Assembly (NCBI GenBank): GCA_001949185.1
Contig: BDGG01000001.1
Span: 2,435,324-2,499,323 of the forward strand
DNA: 64,000 nucleotides
Direction of reading: 5' to 3'
DNA from: Ramazzottius varieornatus
Lineage: Eukaryota > Animalia > Tardigrada
Notes under the pieces: model-generated
What the model saw: only the letters and a program-made list of their open reading frames with translations
What the model was told of the DNA's origin: nothing
Database searches by the model: none
Translations under genes and position numbers: made by a program
In this document: positions 25,241-38,963 of the stretch, piece by piece
Layout: each line of letters starts with the position of its first letter
How positions within the stretch are numbered: the stretch's first letter is position 1

Positions 25241-27052
25241 TCCCCTAAACTATATCATTTCTAACAGCATGCTTTCCGGCCTTTAGCTCCAGTCAGGACG
25301 TCGGAATAAACGCCTAGTGTGCCACTTTTGGCCAGGTCGTGGAAGCTCGAAGATCGCACACGGCGAAGGGACTCCAGCTGATCAAAAGTGCTGCCATCGA
25401 AAGGCTTCCCGTAGCGTGACTGTCGCTGTTTATTCACATAACACCCTACCGACCGCCCGATTAAACGACAATTTCGCTCGGTGTTTGTTTCTGATATTAT
25501 ATGGTGGTGTTTAATTTGAGTCTTTAAAAGCAGGCGGATAAATTAGCCGGAAGGCTGCGGTCGTGTTTAAACTGGCCGTAGTTAAGTGTTTGCCGGCAGG
25601 GCGTCGTTTATGTGTTATGTTCCAATATCCGGTAGCCACTGTGCAAACCGACGACTCTATAAAAATATTGCAATAAACTACCGACTTTGGGATCATTGAA
25701 AAGCAACCTCTTTTATGAGAGGGTCGTTAATATTACGCAATTGTCAAATTATGAGACCATGAATATTTTGGCATTTGAATTTTTAGAAATCTGTGCTGAC
25801 GTGGGGGAATGTCGAAGGGCAACATTTGGGTACCCGGCGTGTTTGTACGGCGAGTGTCCTTTGAAGAATGCTTGGACTGCGGTCCGACAATACTTTAGTA
25901 CCCGCTGTCGATCCTTATTCATCAAACTACGATGGTTAATACAACATTCGACCAAGGAGGGCAATATTATTCTTGGTCATATTGAACGTGTTGTTTAATG
26001 GTTAAGAGATGGTGAAGCTATGCGTACTGGGCACATTCTTCCCCCTTGTCACGGCAAGAACCCGCGCCAAGCCGACAGGTTTTCGATGGCTGTTTGCCTA
26101 TTTGGACTGTTTGCTTGTTGATTTTATACGGAAAAAGAAAACAACATGAGCAATGCGAAGCGAGGACAGCAAACAGCCAAGGAAAAATTTTGCTCGCAGA
26201 TGGATGAGGTAAAGTGACGAAGGATAACAATGTTCAGCTCCGTCAAGCACTATGATCAGTTTATTTTCCTTTGGCAAGATGTGAAAGAAAGAGTGACAGT
26301 TATTTTAGTGTTGTTCAATTTGTTGCACTTTGCTTTCAAACGCACACTCTTCGCCAGCAATGCAAATATACACATGCACGGGACTGTTTATTCTGGACAT
26401 CATCGACAAAACTGGGGCTGACAACTTTCGGTGTCGAACATGCCCACAATGACGCTTGTGGACAATCCCTACAGCATCGATCGTCGTACAGAGCGGTCAA
26501 CCGGCTGGTCAATCGTCGTAATGACATTGTATCGGCTTTGTGGATTGACACGTACACATCCACCTTCTATGCAGGTTCTCCCATTCATGAAATACCAAGT
26601 TGTGTGCACATGGAAATATTATTCCATCTTTGCACAATATCCCTGTCTTATTATGGTGTTCAAGTAAAATATGAATGCGAAAGAGACTGTGACGGCATAT
26701 CCAAGAAGCAAAAGCGTACAAGAACAGATCCGTACCAGTAGAGGCGCCACTTCCGGGTCTCTCATTACAAGAAGTGAGGGAGAAGCCCTTTCCTCGAAGC
26801 TAACGAGAATTTCTTCCCTTACCATCTGATTTCCATAGACCCACTTTGTTCGAAACCATCAGTTACGAGTGTGGGCAAAGTTTATTGCGAACTGCGATGA
26901 CAAGAGCGGAGGACAGAAAGAACCCGGAACTACAGCTTGACTGATAACGTCACTGCGAGAAACGCGAGAAACCACAGTGTAGCTAGCTCTGCAGTGGTGC
27001 TGTGACTGCGTTATGCATCAAGCTACCAGCTGCACATGCATTGATGATGGGT

Positions 27053-28021
27053 TCATGATGTTGTGCCAGAACACTGGCAGGAAGAGGGTTGCTTTTCATA
27101 GGGTGGCCGGTATTGATCTCGCTCCTTCCGGGATGGGTTCTCCGCCTCGCTCGACAATGCTAACACCCTTCTCGGTCTCTAAAACACAGATGGGTGTGTT
27201 TGTACATTCTTTCTCGTGTTTCCCTTCGGAAAACTCTTGTCAAAATTCATCAAGAAACACAGCGGAAATGACGTTTGAAGTAATTGAAGCTAAGTAGCCA
27301 CTTTGGTAGCTTGACCGCTATCTCATTACGGAAAGTAGATAACTGGAAGAGTACTTAGCGCGAGAGGAGACAATAACCAACTCAAAGACGATAATTGAAA
27401 TAGCGGGGTCGGGTCGATCTTGTTTTGAGTTTGTCAGTCAAGGGAGAATCGCCTACCGGCTGTCCTCGGTTGGCGGCCATCACGTTGGGAGGAATCATGG
27501 CGTAGGAGGAAGAGTCGGATGAGGCCATCGGTTCTTTGCTACAGTACGTCACTTGGCCCAACGCTGGAAGAACCGCGTGTCTTGTAGAGTATCCTTCGCA
27601 GCAAGGACGATTACAGATGACCACTCCTCTGACGCTTTTCCAACCGGCCAAACAACACTGAAACTATAAAAGAGAAAAAACAAATACAACTGATCGAAAA
27701 TGAAGCAGGATGTTTTCCATCAACCATTTCGGACTTCGGCAAATGAAATCACGCAGATCGCATTCCCGAGTGGCGCACTTTCTCAGCCAATAACAATGAA
27801 AACATGCGCCACTTGAAATAACGATCCAAGTGCAATCATTAGCGGACGTCTCATACAACATTTTCCGCGGAATTACAAGTTAAGATACGGGGTGAAATTT
27901 AATTGACCAGGATACGCACTGTGTCATCGGCATTTGTGACCGGCACGGCGTAGAACATCACTGCACATCCAGTCAGCAGTAGACAGACAAGGTTCCCGAC
28001 CGACACTTTGCGCGATTCCAT
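27053..28021 (-). CDS. Small secreted Cys-rich peptide precursor (about 142 aa, 3 exons)
   Basis: Exons 28021-27920, 27657-27457 and 27178-27053 are all phase 0 with GT-AG. Signal peptide MESRKVSVGNLVCLLLTGCAVMFYAVPVTNA, then CCLAGWKSVRGVVICNRPCCEGY...YC. The third exon is less certain. Confidence 0.65.
27732..27850 (+). repeat. Palindromic element copy D (intron 1 of the secreted peptide gene)
   Basis: TCGGCAAA..GATCG..GAGTGGCGCA-loop(CAGCCAATAAC)-TGCGCCACTTGAAATAACGATC. Confidence 0.8.
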
Positions 28022-29624
28022 TGTGCTATTCCGACTTCTGCCAAGCAAAGACACAAAGATATTAATATAAAAACAAAAGTAATATTCGGCGATAAACGCC
28101 AACTCGGAATATCCAGAAGCTGTTAACACTCAGATATGATGAGATATCATGATAGTGGAATTTGGGATCGTTACGACTCGGGACTCTTGGCTGTGGCAAT
28201 CTAAATTTTTGAACTCGGCACTACGCAGTGCGTGTCAGGTAATTGGCTACAGTTCGTGCGTTCCCGCGATGACTTCACGTCATCGCTTGATGATTCTGAT
28301 CGTTAGGAACAGAAAAATTGAGGAGAATATCATAAATAAAACAGTGGGCTTCCACATTAAGTGGATGAACTGATCCTAGCTTCCGGTTTGCCGTAGGTCA
28401 CGACAAGCAAGCTGGGTTGCGAAACTGTCTAGGCGGGAACCATATCGTGATAAGAGTCCATAATCCCAGCTCATACCGTAGTCCTGCCATGTAAGTTCAC
28501 CATCCATGCTGCCGTACGTAAACGCAAGTCCTGAGGAGAAACCCTATCATATACGTCGTCCAGGAATAATTTTTCCGATACGACAATGTTTATTCTGATC
28601 CATTACGCATCGAGATTCGAAGGTCTAGCGAATCCTTGTAACTATTAATACTTACTTATCTGCTACAGTATCTTCCACACGGCTCAAGACGTTGTAGGTT
28701 GGTGTTCGGCACGCCCAAAGGATGTTCAGCAGACAGAGGTCCTTCCACCGGTCTTCTTCAGGGTACTCCAACCTTTATGGAGGATTCGACAGAAGTCTGA
28801 AAATCGAGCAGTAAGATTAACAATCTTTGTCCCAGATGTTTGAGAAAAGAAAAGAAGCTAGTCAGTACCCAAGATCAGCAATGGAACCGTGGGGAAAACC
28901 AGTCGCTGGTCTTGAAGGTTCCTGCGAAGATCAAGTCCGATTCTTGCCAGTTCAACCTTCCCTAATCGACGTTTCGATAAATAGGCCACTTATAGCGTAA
29001 TGTGAACGATCAACCTCCGAAGGACAACGATGTCATCAACAAATGTATCCCGCACAATGCGCCGCGTCATACCACATACGTTCCTGACTTCGCTGCCGTC
29101 AAAAGACTTGAAAGAGGAAGGGATCTTTCAAGGACGTTATAGAACCAGACGTACATGGGACACTTGCCCGCTTTCAAGAACCTAACCATTTCCGTCCCGC
29201 TCTCGTCTATTCCAACTCAGCTGGAAGCCGCCACTACCACACCCTGTCAAGCCACCGGTCTTGCTCTACTCCTTCCGGGAAAACTGTCATCTTCCATGAG
29301 TTCCATCCATTGAAATACTGAGATGGTTTGTCAGTTGATTGCGTCCACCATTAGACTCTCTTGGAGTGGCTAATGGCCTACGCACTTGCTGCTCAAACAA
29401 TGGTAACTACTATACGTCAAACTTTTCAATCAAACATGCGGTAAAACTACAGAACCATGGTTCGTGCAAAGACCTTGATGTTTCCCTCTCGGTCAAAACT
29501 GATACAAGGTACATAGTATATACTGGTAGCGCTCAGGCTTGCGGAACATCGTGCATCGATAAATTAGAGGCACTCATCTTGGAAAACTAATATCTATTGG
29601 TGAAGCAAATTTTCAACTCACAAG

Positions 29625-31201
29625 TCAAGAGGCGGTTATCACGGGATCAGAAGGCTTCTGGCAGACAAAGAAAACACAGCGGTACTCGTACTGCAGCATG
29701 GAGCGCGGGTTCTGGACGTACGAACAGGGAATGTCGAACTTCTCTTCCTGTAAAATAAGTCTATATTATAGTTTAGAGTTAATCAAAATTTGGAAGCTCG
29801 GCAAACAAATTCAACCAGATCGTTTTTCTTTGAGATGGCGCATGCTTCCTGCCAATATCAGCTGAACCGTGCGCGACCGTAAAAACGATTCTGTTTGTCG
29901 AGCTCTCCTTTATCTTTACGACTTCAACAAGTAATATTTTCCTTGTCATACCAGAAAAACGAAACCGGTCTTTTGGATGGCGGCTTTCAGTTCGTCATAG
30001 GACAACTCGATACAGCATTCTTGCGGCATGTCAGCAAAGTGATACAGTAGTGGACCCAAGTTCATCCAGAAAGCTCCCGGCCTCAACAATTGCCAAATAT
30101 GTTCGACATATTCGACAATATTCCTCGCTGTGTCGATGAAGAAACACGTCACCACCGCATCCCAGCTAGCTTCACGGTCAAAGATTTCCAAGAAGTCTCC
30201 CGCTACCATGCCGAATTTATGGCCAGCCGGAAGGTCCGTCGGGTTCACATCGGGTACGGTAATACCTATCAGCTTATCTGCAGATGAAGTATTGTTGGAT
30301 GCATGTCCGATCCATGGGTAGATCTTGAAAGCGTCCACCTCGGTACAGGCATTCAGAACGAAATTCGAAGCGAGTAACATATAGAGGGAGAACTCGTTGC
30401 CTATACTGGCGTATCCTAGCTTGGCTAACTCCCATGATAACCGACCTAACCCTGCTCCTGGATTCAGAACTCGAAAGCCTCCCATATTCCTGAAACATCA
30501 GGCAGTGTTAAAGCCTAATACGTGGATGTGTTGGTCGATTGTACCTGTCAGTTACGGGAAGGTAACGTTGGATGGCAGCGATCAGCAGACCATAAGCTTG
30601 GGTTCGTTCGACGGCGCCTGCAGCACTCCAGTCCCGCATGAGCATCCGTAACGTCGTATGAACTTTCTCCATATGGAAAGTGGCGATGGGGTGGTTGATC
30701 TTGTTGTTCTCTTCATCTTCGGACAGTTCTTCGAAGGGGTTTTGTTCGAGGATCTTGAGTATAAAGTGGTAGTTGACGTCGGCACACTGTCTTAACGCGT
30801 CAAGCTGATCAAGGAAAAGGGGAAGCTTGGATTGCTGCCCTTTGGACAGGTCTTCGTAATGAGTCTGCTGCTTAGTGATCTTCTTCAAGCTATGCTTCCT
30901 GAAAGGACAACACATACATCGTTAAGCAAGTTTCAGTTGGCATTCTGGTACCCGTAATTAGCACTACGACTTGCTTGTAATAGCGGAAGGCAGCTACGAC
31001 GGTACGGAAATGCTGTCGTTCTTCCTCCAGCTCTTGCTCAGAGTACTCCGGTCTATGGCTGTGCGAATGATAGAGGCCGTCGTGTCCGGAGCCGTCATCG
31101 TGTTCGCAGGAGAATTCCTCATGAAAGCCACCGCTAGTATCTCCGGAAGTCAAATCGTCCGTATCGGCTGCCGGTGTCAGACGCTCAATGTTATTGTCCA
31201 T
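29625..31201 (-). CDS. CARNMT1: Carnosine N-methyltransferase (N2227-like SAM methyltransferase)
   Basis: KVHTTLRMLMRDWS..G..ER, VLNPGAGLGRL, GNEFSLYML, MVAGDFLE, DAVVTCFFIDTARNIVEY, NLGPLLYHF, IELSYDE, and last exon Y.QNPRSML.YEY.C.FF. Confidence 0.93.
29795..29904 (+). repeat. Palindromic element copy E (last intron of CARNMT1)
   Basis: AGCTCGGCAAACA..GATCGTTTTT..GGCGCATG-loop(CTGCCAATA)-CGTGCGC..AAAAACGATT.TGTTTGTCGAGCT. Confidence 0.75.
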
Positions 31202-31636
31202 GCTCGACGCCGTCTGGAATACTCGTTTTGCTCTCCTGGTTGGGTAGTTAGGTTATGCCGAGATAGACACACGGAAGTTACACTTGTAACGGGAACGCAG
31301 GTCTGTCAGAAAAATGAACCAAAAAGGATGGTCTTATCTGAATTTTAACTTAGTCGAATTTTTGTTTTCATCATAAGTATTAACCGCCACCTTGCGATTA
31401 GCTAGCAGAAAACGGGAATATCTCTTGGTGCACCTGTGATTAGGAGCGATACCTTGATCGGTTGATTGTGAGGGCGGCAGCTCATAGGCTTCGCAAGTTC
31501 CACACTGACTGAAGATTGTTTTGATTTTTCGATTTTTTTCCGAAGTTTTCAATTTCGGCTAGAGGATCCGTTTTCCACTTGTACGGGACTTTACGTTTGG
31601 TTTGCTGTATGCACCACTGAGCCAACGTATGCCATA

Positions 31637-34600
31637 ATGGACCTTCTCTTTGGATCACCTCTCAGCAAGCTGAAAACCGAGCTGCAAACGCATCGGATGA
31701 AGGGAGAATGGGAAGTGATCTTGCACAAGCTGCAAGTGTTCGAAGGAAATCGCGGTACAACTGATCGATTTTTGCTCTTTGATTGCTCACTGGTGTTCTG
31801 ACAGGTTAACATGTCTGCACAGTGCGATACCCCATGTTTCTTGCAGACGCTAGTTTACTCTTTTACGAAGGGGAAAGTAAGGTTGAATTGCATTGTGAGG
31901 ACCTTCTGGCGCAGCAATATGGTCAACGGAGCGAGGAAACTCCACCTTCACAAGCTGCCACAATCATTTTGGACTCTGGGAAAGACGTCGACCGTCCTCC
32001 ATCAGGACTGTCTGAGACAAACCAAGAGACTGTCCCGGATAACTTCAAACATGACGGTTCAAAAACTTTGCAGATTTTCTTGACCGAAAAAGGCAGCGAA
32101 GAGGTAGAGCAGTCTTATAATTAAATTGTTTGTTGAGCTGCGTCGATCGCCTTCGGATGTGTGTTGAGTGCTCTATATTGTATGAGTAGATCCCCATGAC
32201 GTCCTGGGCCAGTGCGACGAGTCATCTTTAAGCTGAATTTTACTCTTGATTTCTGCTATTGTTGACAGGAGGAGTCGCTGAGGCATCTGTCCTGGATACT
32301 ATTAGCCAAGCAAGCGTACGTGGAAGGACAACTCGAAACACCTGCGGTGTTTTTGCAGAATGCCGAACTGCAAAAGTTTGAATTTTCTAAGCCACACGAT
32401 CCGCGAACCTTACGCCTGGTGGCCGAAGGGCTCGCTATCACCGGTAAGTGCGGCAACAACATTCCAATACTAATAAAATTCTACAAGCGTAAAAATTTTC
32501 CCAGCTTAAATTTCTGGAAATCTAATTCACAAGCGAGTTCATGTTCTTTTTATTTGTTTTCCCAGGTGCTTGTGCGGAAAAGTTTGACTTGCCCAACATG
32601 CCAATTCGCTCCGACCAAGAACGCGCAAACGACGCTTGGACATGCTATGAGATCGCAGCAGCTTTGGCCTTACGGTGCAACAACGCCACACCATCCGACA
32701 TCCTGACCACCCAGACGGCCTTCGAAGCCCACGCGCTTCTCATTGGACCGATCCTCGAGAAAGCCATCCGCACATGTCTTCTGGTGGGACCACAAGACGA
32801 GAACATCCAGCATTCCCTGCAGAAGTACCGATGGTGCCTGCAGACCATGCGCCTCATCAGTTCACGTCTCCTTCGGCTGCAGTTCACAAGACAGATGGTG
32901 GAGATCCTGGCTAGTGGCGTCGAATCGACCCAAGAGCATCGCGACAAACTAATTGAAAAGCTCGATGTAAATAGCCTACTCGTATAATCATACCAGCACG
33001 GCTCGTAAACCCACTGTCTAAGTAGATATAGTCGCTCGGTAAGCAAGCTCGACCTGATCGTTTTTCCAAGTGGCATACGCCGCCTGCCAGAATCACTGAA
33101 AACGTGCGCCACTTGGGATGATGGTCTGGTCGAGTTTGTCTGCGGAGCTCCCAAACGGTCAAAAGATACTGAGCAGTTTCTGTTGCAGCACCTGAAGGTC
33201 CAAGTGGCACGTCCCGACACTCCCACACCAACCACGACTGTTCCTCCAGAGAATAGCACTGACGAACAGATGCTGTTGCTGGAAGTGGCCAACAACCTAG
33301 CAGCCGAGGAAATGGTCTTGAATATGTCCAGTGACTTCAGCAGTCTGCGAAGCACGGCCCTTGGCTTGGCCTTGCCCATCCTGGACCTGTCGACCATCCG
33401 TGCGCTGCGCATGGACCAGATGGACATGTTGGAGTCCAACTGGTCTCGACTCATTCCACGATGCTACGACCTGCCGTTCATGGTTCTCCGCTATGCCCAA
33501 GCTCAGGCGTGTAACAGCAAGTACCGTCAAGCATATGGTACTCTGAAAAACCTCTTTAGGTGGGAAACTGGAGCTTTAAACATCCTTGTCAGTACTTATC
33601 GTCATTGTCATTCTTTAGGCTGAGCGAGAAAAATCTGCATGGACACATTCTGGCCGCCGTGCTGTGTCTGCAGCACTTGAGAGATCCTTTCGTGGGCGCC
33701 CAACATGCCGGCAAAGCATTGGCTCTGGCGCAGGACGACTCTTCACGATACATCGCGCTTTTACTGCTAGCTGTTTCTCTAGCGCAGCAGCTGAATCTTT
33801 CGACTATTCCTAGTAAGTACCTGGCCAGGGTCCAGATACTTTATCAGAACAGAATGTGACGAATATGTCGGTTACCGGATGCACCAGACGCAACAAGTAG
33901 TCGCGAGTTTGTTCGTTCGATTATGTCGAGAGGGTATGTGGATGTCGTCTTTTTTGCAGGAACGGATGACAACATCATGAAGGTGACCAACCTCTTCGAA
34001 GAGGCGATACAGTTGAACCGAGAGGACTACCGGCTCTTCCTCAACAAGGCTCTGTTCGAAGCACAGTGTGGACGGCTAGACGAAGCGTCGGACAGTGTCC
34101 AGCAATGTTTGATGGTCAATGAAGACTGTAACGAGGGTTGGCACCTCTGCGCTTTGATCTTGACCGCGGTGGGTCGTAATGATGAAGCGTTGGAGATCAT
34201 GGGAAAGTACGTCGAGGAAGAAACCGCCGACATGGACATTTTCAGCACCCATTTGGCTTTGTTGGAGAAGATGGGCCGCTGGAAAGACGCTTTATCACTG
34301 GCTAAAATTGTAAGCCCTTACGTTTTCTGTATTGAACTCGGTTTCCTCCAAATTATTCCCAGTGATTTTTTATATTCGGTAAATGAGCTGCGCCAGCTTT
34401 TATCCACCTGCGTACATGGCCCTGTGAGCATGTCATAATATTCGAGTATGCAGGTATATGAGGCATAACGACTCTTATTACGATCTCGCTTTGGCTGCTT
34501 GGATGTCGGCTTCTCGTCTAATCATCGTGCTTCCAGGTTCTGTGCAAAATTCCGGTGCCACACGACCGACTCTTGGAAGAAGATCAAGAGATTGACTTCC

Positions 34601-35844
34601 TGGATGGACCCAGCCACGTGTCTCTTTCCAGTATGCCATCTGACCGAAGAGGCGCAGGTGATTACGAGTCTGAAACTCTCCATAGCTACAGTGCAACCAG
34701 GACTGAGCCTTCTTCGACGGTGGAAGTTCTCAACGAGACCACGTCCCTCCTGCAAGCGGATGCTGACATAACCATGGACACTGCCGACAGTGAACAGATC
34801 GAGGAGACCGTGACGACTTCCACCGTCGTCGAGTCTGTCATGGCAGTGCTACAGTCCGTCACTGCCAACCTCGCTCTTTCCTCCACAGCCTCGTCCAACG
34901 AGGTCAACAAGGCCACCATTGTAGAAGCTAAGCTAACGGAAGATGTGGAGGTTCCGCCCGAACCCGGAACTACTCCATCGACCGGCATCTTCGCATCGGT
35001 AAATTTGTTTTCTGTTGTCTGAGGTCGGTTGCAGACCTGCGTACTCCGACCCAAGTAGCTATAATAGGGTTCTGGTGTGCAGGTCTTCGAAGCTTTCGTT
35101 ACACAGATTTCCGAATAGAGAATTGTGATTGATGACTGACCGAGTTTGGTTTTGTGGTTTCAGATCGTTGGGAAAGTCGCAAGTGTCTTCACCAGCACGG
35201 CAGCGGAAGTGAAGGCGGAAGCGGAGGACTTCAAGAAGGCAGTAGAGCAATGGTGGACACCGGGTGCCGTTGAGAAGCAGCGTGGCCTTTTTTTAGCCCA
35301 CATTGCCAGTCTACACATCAACATGGGATCCATTTCCGAAGCTGAGGAAGCCGTAACCCAGGCCGAGAGCCTCCATGTGGACACGTACCTCCTCGAACAT
35401 GTCAAGGTCTTACTGAATTTTCAAATATTTTTTCAGAGGACTCATACAGAAACAATGAATTACGTACAGAAACAATTCACTAAAATGAACTCAAAGACGA
35501 ATGAAGTTATTTAGGGTCTGTTGGCTGTCATTCATGGGGATAACGTCCAGGCCAAAGCTTGTTTCGAACTCGCCATCCTGCTCAATCCGTCCTTCGTCTA
35601 CGCATGGTTGGGTTTGCTGGACGTGGCGGTGCAGAATGGTAACTCTGGCTTGATCAACGAGTACCTGATCCAGATGCGGCAACACTGTGCCGACGATGTC
35701 GAAACCTGGATGCTATCGGGACAGTTCGCCATGGAAATGGATAAAGAGGAGGAAGCGGATGACTATCTAGAGAGAGCGCAGACGCTAATGGGAAACAGAC
35801 CGGTGAGAACGTTTCGAGTGGTAGACTGGAAAGTCGCTTTGTGA
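31637..35844 (+). CDS. TTC7: TPR-repeat protein, TTC7-like (PI4KA complex scaffold family), divergent
   Basis: N-terminal KLKTELQTHRMKGEW, RLVAEGLAITG.C.EK, IGPILEKAI, EVANNLAAEEMVL, GWHLCALILTA and C-terminal P[VI]R.F, in the same order as TTC7A/B. Many TPR-like helices. Confidence 0.7.
33034..33148 (+). repeat. Palindromic element copy F (TTC7-like intron)
   Basis: AAGCTCGACCTGATCGTTTTTCCAAGTGGC..GCCACTTGGGATGATGGTCTGGTCGAGTTT. Confidence 0.8.
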
Positions 35845-35961
35845 TACTCCATAGACTGGTAATTTGTTTGATACATTAGTCTTGTTGTCGTTTCATCTTG
35901 CCTAACAACAATCCTCCACCTTCCGAAGTTGATCTTTCTGAAAAAGAACGATAAATAGGAG

Positions 35962-36073
35962 TTCGGCAAACAAACTCGTCGAGATCCCATTTGAGGTGGC
36001 GCACCATTACAGCCAATAACACCCAGAACGTGCGCCACTGAGGGAAACAATCCGATCAAATTTTTTTACCGAG
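35962..36073 (+). repeat. Palindromic element copy G (3' of the TTC7-like gene)
   Basis: TCGGCAAACAAACTCG..GTGGCGCAC-loop(CAGCCAATAAC)-GTGCGCCAC. Confidence 0.8.
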
Positions 36074-37284
36074 ATCCCAATTATACTGATGCGAATACTT
36101 CAATGTTTTTATTGTTACTAAGACTTGATATAACTGGGCTGCCTCGAGGACCTAAAAAACGACTTTCTGTTTTTTGCATCGGTAAACGGCGGCTTAGTTT
36201 TTTCCACTCTAGTGCCGCGCTATTGGTCGAAAGCACCGATTAATTGGGCACGTGCCGCCGGTACGATCGCTTTAATTAATGAGCAATTAGCCAATTTGTG
36301 TAACAACAGTCCCTTTTTGTTCTCTCAAGGACAGTTTGTTCTTGTCAAGCATGCGTACGCTTGGTGACCCATCTTTTACGACGCATTTATAGTCAGTCCG
36401 CAAAGTTTCCGATCTTTCTGATTCTGGATTAAAGTTCGAGACGGAATGTCAGAAATCGGTTTTAGAGTTAACGTGATCGAATCTTGCGGTGATGGATTGA
36501 TGGTCAAACAGGGTCTGGTTGCTGAAGGTCGAAGTCATCGTATGCGTCAGCATGGCACGCTTGTGTGCGCTAACTAAAGACACCGACGCCAAATTACGGT
36601 TAGTTTCCGCCGTTAATTAGTGTGCACGCGATATGCTGTAGAGGTTATGAAGCGTGTTCGGGAGTGTAAAAACTGGACTGTAAACGAGTTAGCTAAGCGC
36701 CGCTTCGACAAACAAAGAGCATCAAGTAAAGAAATTCATTGGAGGACAATCCTCTGCATGGTACGACTGAGAGGAAGTTCGTAATTAGACCATCCTGACG
36801 ATTAATGACAGCGCGGATCCGCCGGACTGTTTTTCTAAACTTGCAGATTATACAGGCTGAAGCAGAAGTCGTCTCAGACACAGGTGGGCTGGGCACAATC
36901 AGACTGTCTGTACTGTACGGGGCCATCTTCTCGAAGTGGACAAAGACAGTAAAAGCTTAGCCGACTAACCCGTTACTTTATGGTATAATGTGCAGCATTG
37001 ATCGTGAGTCCAAGTCGTAAAGTGTGCCTGAGGCTTCTTCGGAAACTTCATCACGCCGCCATTTACAAGTCCGCCTTGACTTCATAACAAATCATTTATT
37101 GCCTTTGCTACTTCGAGTATAGATTCAATCACGTGGGCGTTTTAGGAAGTATCGCGGCCGATGCCGAGTTAATTTTATTTTTACATAGACTACGTCGCTC
37201 ATCTTCCGGTACTCGCGTACAGTATATCTCTGTAGACTGTAGTCCTCAAAAGCTGGTTTCACACCATTGATTTTGCTCCCGCGA

Positions 37285-38236
37285 ATGGTGAAAAACTTCA
37301 AGATGGATCCTTCATCCAGAATGTCACGAGATTTGGATAAGCCTTCTGTGAATTCACCGAGTTCGTACACAGATGTTCCGAACACGCCCGATAACAAAGA
37401 ATCGATCGAGACCGATGGCGCCTCGGACCACAGTGGCTTCCACGAGAAGAACGGACGCTGTTACACCAACAAGCAACGTCGATACCGGACGACCTTTACA
37501 ACCTTTCAGCTGCAGGAACTGGAGAAATGTTTCGGGAAGACCCACTATCCCGATGTCTTCACCAGGTACGTTCCGATTTCTCTGTTTCAAAACATTGAAA
37601 TACGGTGGATACAAATTTTGGATACAATATTCGGGCCTCAAGCCCGGAAGTTGACATGTTCGATGTCCATCTTTGACGTGAAGGAGACTCTTTTCATCAC
37701 ACAGGGAAGAGATGGCAACGAGAATCCAGTTGACCGAAGCTCGCATCCAAGTCTGGTTCCAGAATCGACGAGCGAAATGGCGCAAGACGGAAAAGGTCCT
37801 TTCGCTTCCCGACTCCACCCAGTCTCCCAACCAGACAGCCGTCGGCACGCCCTGTCACCTCGGACCCGTTCATCCTTATCACTCGCAGAAGCCCAGTGCA
37901 TCATTCTATTCTGTCCCTTTTGATGGAAAGTCCATGCTCAGATGGTCCACCGGACTCCCTCCACCGCAGCTTCCATCAGGTAGTCTGATGACACGCTTCT
38001 TCCCGCCCCGTACTACTCATCTCCCTCATCCCTTTCCGCCCCATGTAACGGCCACCGACTTATGGAACCAACGGTGCCTGCAACAAATGACCTTTTCGGC
38101 AGCCGCTTTAGATTTCGATACTCAGCTAGCTTTGTGGAATAGCGGGCGGTATAAGATGTCTGTTGGGAATAACAATGAATTTTATAATCGATGTTCTTCA
38201 TTCAGCCCAGGTTTACCATTCCAACCCACAAAGTAA
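37285..38236 (+). CDS. al: Paired-class Q50 homeobox protein, aristaless/Arx family (2 coding exons)
   Basis: Homeodomain [32 protein letters not shown]|[30 protein letters not shown] is split by intron 37566-37704. Confidence 0.85.
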
Positions 38237-38963
38237 AACTATTTTTTTTGCGACAGGATGTCATTTTTGTTTGTAGTTGTTTTTCTGTCCTTTTTCACTG
38301 TCGGACCTATCGCCTGATATCTCAATGATATCTCGATATCTCGAAATTTCTTGGAAGTAAAATTTTGGAAATTGGTAGGTCGGATACAGTGGTTTGCAAT
38401 AAAGATGTGGCGTCATGGGCTAGCGCGGTTGCTTTGTGATGACATCTTGGTGTAAGAATAAAGGTGCTCTTGAACCTTTTAAACTTCGTTTAGGCTTGTG
38501 ATGGGCAACTTGCGACGGTATATCATATTGACGGATCGCGGACGTCTGTGTTATTATGGAAGATCATGATCGGGCAGATCGATGACGCAGGCCAATGAAA
38601 GTGCGATGGGCTTCAGAGGGGCGCCGACGACGACGCCAGGTCTCATAAACCCTCATGGTTATAATTGCTATATTGATGGCTATCGTTCGGGGTATTATAC
38701 CTTTGATTGCCGTCTTGTATAAATCTAGTAGCGAAACGGAAAATACTGTGCCGATTATTGATAGTGTGCGTCATTTAACGATTCGATTAGGGGCAATTTG
38801 AGCCCAAGATCCGCGCGCGCTACAGGCATTACGGTATGATAAGGGTTCTTGGACTGTTGTTTTTGCCTTCTGTATTCGGGGTCCATTCCATCTCGGAGAA
38901 CATGATAGAATTTAGTTTGGTTTACCGTGGAATAGTATGGTAGCTGAATGATGCTTTTCAAGA

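Noticed and set aside
32645-33454. 269-aa minus-strand ORF
   Set aside because: It is an antisense shadow of TTC7-like exons that also crosses a repeat-containing intron, with no recognisable motif.
38296-38391. Short inverted repeat CACTGT.GGACCTA / TAGGTCGGATACAGTG with internal GATATCTC repeats in the aristaless 3' region
   Set aside because: The arms are imperfect, there is no TSD, and it is a single copy here. Too weak to call a transposon.
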